From Trichoplax sp. H2 (Eukaryota), in the NCBI GenBank assembly GCA_003344405.1, contig NOWV01000029.1, positions 558,001-608,927 of the forward strand: a DNA stretch of 50,927 nt, in the 5' to 3' direction. A program made the position numbers and the translations under genes. The notes beneath the pieces are model-generated. The model made no database searches, was not told the origin of the DNA, and saw nothing but the letters and a program-made list of their open reading frames with translations. Shown in pieces: positions 41,638 to 50,927 of the stretch (the stretch's first letter is position 1; each line of letters begins with the position of its first letter).

Positions 41638-44600
41638 TTCGAGAGGAAGTCATGACTGTCTTGGATAGTTTGGGTTTCTCTCAACCGACACCAGTCCAAC
41701 TTCAGGTTAGGTCTTATCATCCAGGATTGCAGTGGTTGCATGCTGCAGCCAAAAAATAAAACATCTCTTCATCAAGCTTATGCATGATATAAGATGTTCA
41801 CACAGCATTAATAATCAACGCTATTCAATGGATGATAATAGTGTAGATATTATGATAAAATTGTGGATACTACATGCGATGAATTTGAATAGAGTCCTCA
41901 AATTTCACCCTACATACGTATACGCAATGCTAATTGATTCGGTCGCACAGCTCTAAAGTTAAATTACTCTACAAGTGTACATATACAGCGGTATATGATT
42001 ATATTATTGACAGTTGTATGAACAGATTGATATTACTAGCGAGAGAATGTTAAAATAAAACAATTCTACAATCAGTTCATGTAGATGTACAGTACCGATT
42101 ATCATCAATATCAAGTATTACTAGCATAAAAGTGGGAATAATTCATTTCCTATACAAATCAATTTTTGTAACCTTCAGTTCAACTATTGCCATTCCTATC
42201 ATCAAAAATGGACTGTAATAGTTGGAACAGGATGTTATTGATATTGAATAAATAGCACCTTTTTAAGCTAATTATTTTTAGCATGTACTTATGAATGATA
42301 CTGTTATTCATATAGTCAATCAAGGCCGTCATGGAAGGACGCAATGTAATCATAAATTCAGAAACAGGAAGCGGAAAAACTCTCTGTAATTATATTTGTA
42401 ATTTTTTCATATCTTGCTCTAGCACTGGTATGTCATAATTTGTCATCAGTAGTCAATATTGTCTGTAAAGCAATACGCAGTCATAGATATCGCGAAAAGA
42501 TTCCATCATAAAGTAACAATAACTATTCTTGACAATGACTACGAGCTACTATTTAAAACTAAGACGAAATAGACTCTACTGATAGGTAATCATACTGTAG
42601 ACGTAGACATTTACTTTATACGAGTACTGGATTTAATTCATGCTATCAATGCTGCTTATATCTACTGGATAAATTATTTACATTAATACAGTAAATTCTA
42701 TAGCAGCATCGTTTACTCTCTACCTTGTATTTTAATATTCATTGACTAGGTTATCTTTTGCCCCTGATAAATAAGTTATATTCCGACTATGAGCTAGGCC
42801 CAATAGTACCGCGTGCATTGATATTGGCACCGACTGCTGAATTAGTACATCAGGTAGGAACAAGCAAACTGTACAACGCCTACATTTCTACTGTGATACT
42901 CTGTAACAGCAACAAAATCATGCATTTCATTCTTCTATGGTACAACAGATACATCAGTAAAGCTACAATGAGTGATCCATATATACTGTACATATATTCT
43001 TATTTTAGATATCAACCGTATTCCGAAGCTTGGTACCAAATAATCAATTTACTGCATCCATTGTTACATCAAAAAGCACCCTATTGATAAAAGATAATAC
43101 AGCTGCAATTATTGGTGTTCCCCATAACATTACCACATATCATGCGCCATCGTTACTGAATAGTATTGAAACGATTATTGTAGACGAAGCAGATGCTTTA
43201 GTTACTGGAAGTGCTAGCCGTGATGTTTGGACAATGCTCAATTGTAAACGATTAATGGTTGAATCGAAGAAGGCAGACGAGGAAAAACAGACAAAAATGA
43301 CGGAAGTAAATGTAGAAATATCAAGTAGTTCTAAACGCATACCCAACCTTCGTCGTGGTAGTTCCATTACTCGACATGGATTAGATAGTAAAAATTGCCA
43401 GTATTTATTTGTAGGAGCAACCTTACCTTCTAATAATAATGAAAAATCTGAATATGGCATAATACATGGATGGCTCAAAAAGTTAAACCCTACATTAGTG
43501 CATTTAGCTCGTACTGAAAATGTTCACAAAATTATATCAACGTTACAATCGGATTGTATCATGACTAAAAATGACGAAAAATTGGAAACATTATTGCATA
43601 TATTAGATAAAGTAAAAAGTAATTATAATGATGAAAACAAGATGACTCCAAACAAAAACTTAAACAGATCACCTGTAGCTAAGGGTGATCATTTAAAAAT
43701 GATAGTATTTACCAATACAGCATACCATGCATTTGCATTATATCGATTTCTTGATGGTACCGATCCTAATCTAATGAAAGAGCCACAAAGGAGTGTATTA
43801 CCGTTACATTTTGAACTATTACCACCTGAACAAAAAGAAGAACTTATAAACACTGTAAATTTTGAAAAAAACTATTTTAAAGCACAGTATTCAAACGAGT
43901 GGAAAGGCAGGTTAGTATCTTGTAAGAAAATCCTTCTCCTTTCATACATATGTGTGCAGCACAATACTGCATCTCGTGCACATACTGTAATAACTGAATG
44001 TTATGCTGTAATTCTTGCATTTTACGGTACGTTAATCATTTTGTTGTACTATATATTTCAATTTTGCTAAGGTGTGGTATACTACATAAGGACATTCCAA
44101 TTGAAGTAAGAGAGGAAATTCTGAATAAATTCATCAATGGAGATATACCTATCCTCATTACAACTGATATAGCATCTAGAGGATTGGATATTCCTAACGT
44201 TACAGCAGTTATTCAATATGATTTCGCTTTAAGTGCAGTTGATTATTTACATCGGGCTGGTCGCACCGCCCGTAGTGGAAATGAGGGGCAGTGTAAGTAT
44301 TATAGCTGTAATAAGAATTTCATAAGTGGAAAAGCTTGCCTCATTTAATCTTTTTAATCGTTCATTGACTTTCACATTTTTGTAAACTGTTCTCAACATA
44401 AATATTTATCTACGACTTCAATTTCATAAAGTAATTTAACTGATTGTTTTTTTACCTTTCAAAATATGGATTTAAAGTTTTTAGCATGGCTACTGAAAAT
44501 GACAGTTTTTTGGTCGAGGCAATCAGAAATATCAAGGCTAGTGAATCGTTCGACAGCGTGTTTAGCCGCAATCGTAATCTTAGAAGAAAATTAAGAAAGC

Positions 44601-44674
44601 TCAAGAAGCAACAGACAGACCAAAATGATATCATACATAGCGATGAGCCAAATAGTGAAGCCGTTAATTACTAA
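41547..44674 (+). CDS. DEAD-box RNA helicase (RH22-like / DDX28-related, probably organellar), 6 exons, 550 aa
   Basis: Exons 41547-41705, 42316-42385, 42750-42853, 43009-43910, 44072-44292, 44478-44674. Motifs: Q (FAEFG...GFSQPTPVQ), I (SETGSGKT), Ia (APTAEL), II (DEAD), III (GAT), V (ASRGLD), VI (HRAGRTAR). Confidence 0.9.
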
Positions 44675-45216
44675 GATTTTGAATAATAGAATCTTTTATT
44701 TAAAATCCATCCGTAGTACTTCATAACAGACAATATATATTTTAAATGTTGAAATCGGTAACAGTCTGTAAGTAAATGTCAACAGCTGCAATATAAATTT
44801 CATTTTTCATTACAACATCTGCATAAAATACAAATAAATGCATATATTAACACCGAGTTTTTTCAGCTGATGAATCTTATCCAAGCACATAAGTAGATGT
44901 TACAGCAATTTATTGTGGAAATAATGACATATTACTTCAGATAATATAATTCGTTTTGGCTAATATTCCATATTCAAATAAAAACTATGTTTAGATACGG
45001 TTGCATTCTTAAAGCCCATGCGGCATTCACAAGGAGATGGTGTCGATTTTAACAGCCAAAGCTAAAAAGCAAGCGTTGTAGGAATCTATTACAATTTTAT
45101 ATTATGATTACGCGATTGAGTTAAACTATAACGTAATGTAGTTATGGCACTGAAAATTAGCAATATTTACCCTATGATACATTTGAATGCTAAAAAATAT
45201 TCTTGATGACATTTAG

Positions 45217-48200
45217 TTAGCTATCTGCGTTGAATAGATCTTTCCTTTGATAGAAGAGTAGGTAAGCGCAACGATCTTCTGCGTATTTCATAACCTGAGC
45301 GAATAAAAAGATACATATATTGGCATTTCGTTAACGACTCGAGGAAATGAAGCACTAGGTTTCGTTAAATAACAAGCTGAAATAGCTTGACTCGTTGGTA
45401 ATAAATTGCAGTGTTATGAGCATGAAAGATTTGACGATATGGTCATGTGTGGAGATGTAAAACGTACCTCTTTAACTGATATAGTTTTAGCCATAGTATC
45501 ATCGTGTCGAATCCAGCGTTTAAAGCTTGCATGATAAGCATCACAAGTGTAATGGCCACCGGCCGCTCGCAGACCATGATGGAAGACAACTACAACAATT
45601 GTAACTATTGTTAATTTCTTCAATTCTCCAACATTAAGACTTTAAAATAAATTTTAGACAACTTTTCTATCAAGTAGCAAGCATGCAGTATCAAAAATAT
45701 ATTAATTTTGATATTGAGATCAGTGCCATCAATTCTCATACCCGAAATTAACCGATAAGACCTATACATTTCCGACCTTTGCTTACATTCTCTGGATAAA
45801 AGTTCTACATAACAACAATCAAGGAAATTCATTGCCAAACATAGCTAAAAGTCACAATTTTATAACAACTGAATAGTTACCTTTATCGATTTCCAACTGT
45901 AAGTCGTAATTTACATCTTTTGTAAGTTTCTGGCAAATTCCATGATCAAATATGAAGCGCTTTAAATGAAGAATTAGGATTTTAGGAAGACGTTCAAAAG
46001 ACATTTTCTTTGTTGCTTCGACCTGAGGTTGATTAAGTAAAATAAAGATAAATTACCGAGTAATCAACATAAAATTGTTTCCCGTGTTGTCTACTAAGAC
46101 ATAAGTTAATAATGAAAATAAATTTAAAAGATTTCTATAACCTTTATTTTCTTTCCATCATTGCCAGAAATATAATGTTCTACTTGTTCAGATCCCATTG
46201 ACTTCTTAATTGCATCCTTAATATGGCTTATTTCAGAATCCTTTGTGTAGGAAAATTGATAATAATGTTAAAGTAAAATTGTTTATGTAATGTCATAAAG
46301 AACTTGAAAGTTTATCTAAGTAATAAATTCTTGTAGGTCATACATGGATGTCTAGTTGTAACGTAAAGAAAGGCTGAGAAGTATTGGATTGTTTTTCGTT
46401 AGTATATTTTATGGATGACCGTATCTCTCCGCCAAAAGTTTCACTAATCAATGAATGATTCTGAGCAATCTAAACAAATAACAGAAAAATAAGTGTAATT
46501 GACATAATGAAAGGACTAAGAAGTAATACTATTTAAGTATGAAATTTATTTAATTACCGTTCTACTAATTGCGCTCTTTTTCTTTGATAATGCCTGTTGC
46601 CATTCACCATCGCCAGAATTGATATTATCTATATCATTTTCACACGATGCTTGATCAGAGGCAGACGATTTTTCAAGTGATATTGATACTATTTCCTCGT
46701 GCAAGTTATCTAACATGCAACCAAGGAACTCTTCCGCATCTTCTTGTCTCTCCCCTTTTGCCATGGAAGGTCTTAGAATAGCTAACATTTCATATATACA
46801 TTGAGGCTCGAAAGGGTTATCAAATCGAACTTCCTTGCCAGCTTTTAACAATTTTCCGAAAGTCTTTTCGTATTCCTGACGTTCCAGCAAGTCGAACTGG
46901 TTTACAAAAGCTGCCATACCATTAATTGCTGGTGTCCGACAGTCACCAATTGTCTGTTGAAGTGTTGGAAAAGAGCCAATCTTTCTTAAGGCTCTGTGTA
47001 TAGGTGAACAAACTAGTAATGATTGTAAAGTCGAATTGATAAAGCAGAAACTCGCTTTGTTGGTTAATCCTCGAGGCTTGAAAGGCATAAAATTAAAATT
47101 TAATGTCTCCTGAAATATTCTTGCTAGCGCAGAAAGACCATTTTCGCTATTTTGAACAGGAAAATTTATTTCATTAGCGGGACTTTGATCATTTTCAGGT
47201 ATCGTCTGATGCTCCTTAGGCTGTTTTGGTAGATTTTTTTTTAGAATATTGGCAAAAGTCAGAGTAACTTTGTGATCAATTTGTTTCTCAGTAGTACAAT
47301 CCGCCGGACTATCGTCACAGCTACTCTGAGTATCGTTTAGTTTACAATCGTGACCTATTTTACCGAAAAGAAAGGAATCATTTTATAAGTAAACGGGCAA
47401 TTAATATCAATTTTAAACCTAGCTATTGCATATTTATTGGCGATAATGATTGCATGAAAGTTCTACAATTTCATAATCGTATTCTTAAGCAAATATTAAC
47501 GTTGGATCAATGAATTGATAGCGTGATAACAATATTACCATCCGTCTCTGCAGTATTTATAGGTGCATTTGATGAAGACAAGTTAGCATTTTCTGGCGTC
47601 GGCTGAACTTTATTAGAGCATGCTTCTTTAGCCTTGAGTAAGATATGTAGTTTATCCGATCCACAGTCATAGCCTGTAGAAAAAGTTTCAAAATAAAGTT
47701 GATGCGTTTGTAACATTTATCTAAAACATGCATATAGGCCTTTTAATAGAATACGAACATGCTAAAAATTGAATACATCAGTGCTAGAGTGACAGTATGT
47801 GTTAACCTAATTCCATCATATCGTTCATATTTCAGCTAACATTAAGCATATAATCATTATTTCAAGTGTCGCTTTAAATCGATATCGCACGGTTAGTAGC
47901 GCACATAAAAAACGTTCGTCTAAACATTTAATCATTGCATACAGTATAACACGTATAAAATCAATGATTGTGCAAGAGGAGCAATCATTTGATCTATAAT
48001 TCTGAGATTTACAATTCATAGTGTTACATTACTACTTAAATTACCTTCCAATTGTTGCTTATCATACACATCTTTTAGATCCCACAGAAACTAATAGTTT
48101 AGAGGGCAAACAATGCAAGAATATCATAATCACATTATCCATTGAATGGTATGTATTTTATCATTTATAAGGATACAATGCCAAATAAAACGTTATATTC

Positions 48201-50072
48201 ATTCGATAAGAGATGTATTTAAGGTAAATTATCCATTATACTGATGGTAAAGTGTAGCGTAAGAAACATTATAGCGAAGGCAACCGTACTTTCTATGCAC
48301 GCAGACTAAAATGTTTAGTATCACTTTGTAAGTAGTCAAGGTAAGTATCATAAAATGAAAAATAGATCCATTGTATATAGAAAAATCAGATAAAAGTGTT
48401 AAACGATAATAGCTATTTCTTACCAATGCAGCAGAGCAAGATTTTAGCTTGCCATCTATAAAGAATTTTGAATTATCGGCTATTGTAAAACTTCCGAATG
48501 TTATATCCTAGTTAACATAACCAATGATGAAATTAAATGATTATAATTATATTATCGACAATACTGTACCGTTGATAGAATGCTAGACGTAATTATACAG
48601 TAGGTATCCGTTTATGATAATTGAATACATTCCAAACTAAAATTTTAACAACTCCATTTCTGTATCCAATAATGTACTATCAGTTATTTCCTATACTTTA
48701 AAAGGTATTAAACTGGTATTCTATCCTGTAACGGTAACAAACTGACAAATAAGAATTATAAAGCTTTTATCCAAAATTTAAGATGACTCGAGAAAAGATT
48801 TCTAATTATTGTGGTCAATTTTTACTATCTCTAGGCGTACACTGTGATGAATTACTATATACTAAACGTGTATCTAGTAGTTTATGGTAGAGTATACCTA
48901 GGCTAATATTTATAAATGATAATCTGTATCCAGGTAAACCCGTAAGCAAGGTAGTGATACATTAGAATGTAGTGCTAATACGAAGCGTCATCGTGTATAT
49001 ACTGTTGCTCAATTTGCAAAATAATATGTAATGAATACAGTACATCAATATATGTTATATACATACGAGTATATGTGTTTACTGTTAATGTTCTATACCA
49101 TATGTACACGTCTACTGTATGTAACTGGCAGTCAATTAGAAGGGAAGGCAATCTTGCAATTGTAACTTCCAAGCGACTACGTGATTAGTGGGCATTTGAC
49201 AGTATATCAACTACTGCATGTAAAATTCTAAAGTCTACAGGGTATAGTTAATTATAAGAGAAGTAAAATATACACAAGTGCTATATAATGTGTTCACTAT
49301 TGTACAATCATGAAACTTTTAATGAGCACTATACTTTACCCTACAACGCGACTGCTTCATACTTTACTCTTACTATATTTACTTTAGCATCAAAATTGTA
49401 GCTATTTTGTATTTACTATTATAAGAAATTGAAATTCACAAATATTCTGCTTTACGAACTACGTTGACCATTATACTCTGCTTGATGATCATTCAATATG
49501 ATAAAAAATCTGGTGATATCCAATAAGGATTTACATTGATTGCTTAGGCTAGGCCTAAGTTATAGACAATGCTTCATTGACAGCATCCATAGTGAGAAGG
49601 ATAGAGTCTTGGCTATAAAGTTAACTGTATGGTCTTAGCTCATTCAACCAAGATTGTTATTTACATGGTATCCTATTAGGCATTCTCTTTTTCTTTCTTT
49701 TTTTTTTGAATTATTCAATACTGTCACAGATTACTGTAATTTAGTCAGACATGACAATATCAATATTAATCTACTGTCGATTCATATCCCTAGCTTACGG
49801 TAGTGACAAGTGAAATGCATGGCTAATCCTTGAAACAACTTATTCTTGTCTACTGTCCAATGCAAATTCGGATGGTAGAAATAACGTACAAGTAGAAGAG
49901 TACGCATCTAAATGCAGCCACTACAACGATAGAATATAATTCTACTCCATTTTAATGGAATATAACCAATAGTCGCTAGAAAATAACTGGACTAGATCCA
50001 TTTTAATACAAGGTTGATGGAACACGATCGTTCCTTGGACCAAGTCATTACCTGCACTTGACTGCAATTCAT
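45217..50072 (-). CDS. USP10: Ubiquitin carboxyl-terminal hydrolase 10, 11 exons, about 570 aa (first micro-exon tentative)
   Basis: Exons 50072-50052 (tentative), 48507-48424, 48090-48045, 47673-47539, 47354-46558, 46469-46344, 46240-46142, 46022-45881, 45804-45742, 45589-45468, 45294-45217. Cys box PRGLTNKASFCFINSTLQ, RQEDAEEFL, QPFFTLQLDI, LHLKRF, His box HHG...GGHY, W..HDD, AYLLFY; N-terminal FGSF. Confidence 0.9.
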
Positions 50073-50523
50073 CTTGACAATAACGTCCTGTGTATTCATG
50101 GACGTCTCTATTTCTCTTCTATTTGAAAGGGGCAATGATAAGACTAAATTTGAACAAGAAAATCTTCTTCTAGCGTGAATTTGTCACTTGAAAGTGGAAT
50201 AACACCATTGGTAAATTGCTTTTCTTCGTTTGGCGATAGCAGAATTGGAGGAAAAATGCTCTCACCGTCCTAACATACAAACACACAAAGGAGAAGAGAC
50301 AATGAAAACAACGCATGCGTCAGCCCGCTGCCTTTTCCAGTAGCCAGTTAAAAGTGAGTATTACAGAATGCGTCAATCTTGAAAAACGTCGAGTGATATT
50401 TTTGCCAGCGTCTCATACGGTCCTACCAGCGGCATACATTTCCTCTTAAATATTTGACACTGTGAGTCTGTTTGGCTTTTGCCATGAAATTTTATCTGTA
50501 CGCGTCCCTAAATAGGAGTCAAT

Positions 50524-50927
50524 CAGGTCGAGTCAGTCTCATTCGTAGCGACTTTTCGTTTTATCTGAATCTGACCTGCAGGTCGAGTCAGTCTCATTCG
50601 TAGTGACTTTTCGTTTTATCTGAATCTCACCTGCAGGTCGAGTCAGTCTCGTTCGTAGTGACTTTTCGTTTTATCTGAATCTCACCTGTAGGTCAAGTCA
50701 GTCTCATTCGTAGTGACTTTCGTTTTATCTGAATCTCACCTGCAGGTCAAGTCAGTCTCATTCGTAGTGACTTTTCGTTTTATCTGAATCTGACCTGCAG
50801 GTCGAGTCAGTCTCATTCGTAGTGACTTTTCCCTGCATCTGAATCTCACCTGCAGGTCAAGTCAGTCTCATTCGTAGTGACTTTTCGTTTTATCTGAATC
50901 TCACCTGCAGGTCGAGTCAGTCTCATT
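50524..50927. repeat. 55-bp tandem minisatellite, 7 full units plus a partial one, runs off the window
   Basis: Unit caggtcgagtcagtctcattcgtagtgacttttcgttttatctgaatctcacctg starts at 50524, 50579, 50634, 50689, 50743, 50798, 50853, 50908. Confidence 0.97.

Noticed and set aside
41547..44674. Gene symbol DDX28 for the helicase
   Set aside because: Motif VI and the C-terminus fit RH22 better, so orthology is unresolved without a tree.

Overview
AT-rich, gene-dense eukaryotic (animal) genomic DNA with short GT-AG introns. The gene content and compactness suggest an early-branching metazoan such as a placozoan; this is inference, not shown by the sequence. I reconstructed nine protein-coding genes by hand with phase-consistent splice junctions: PGLS (-), a C16orf87/UPF0547 homologue (-, 4 exons, only fragments in the ORF track), GPT2-like alanine aminotransferase (-, 13 exons), PXYLP1-like histidine acid phosphatase (+), Rieske UQCRFS1 (-), ZC3H18-like (+), HRI/EIF2AK1 (-, about 16 exons), a DEAD-box helicase resembling plant RH22 (+, 6 exons) and USP10 (-, 11 exons). 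The non-coding DNA holds the most interesting signals. (1) Dense TACAG/TACTG patches at 5' gene ends look like stacked Tc1/mariner excision footprints; one is caught as a clean TA>TACTGTA difference between two duplicate copies, and a Tc1-like MITE sits in one patch. (2) Every young tandem duplication in the window lies at a 5' gene end, including four copies of the helicase's upstream region plus start of exon 1. (3) There are several short near-perfect palindromes. The C16orf87-GPT2 adjacency matches my recollection of human 16q11.2. No rRNA, tRNA, CRISPR array or intact transposase was recognised; 8100-12500 has nothing I can identify.
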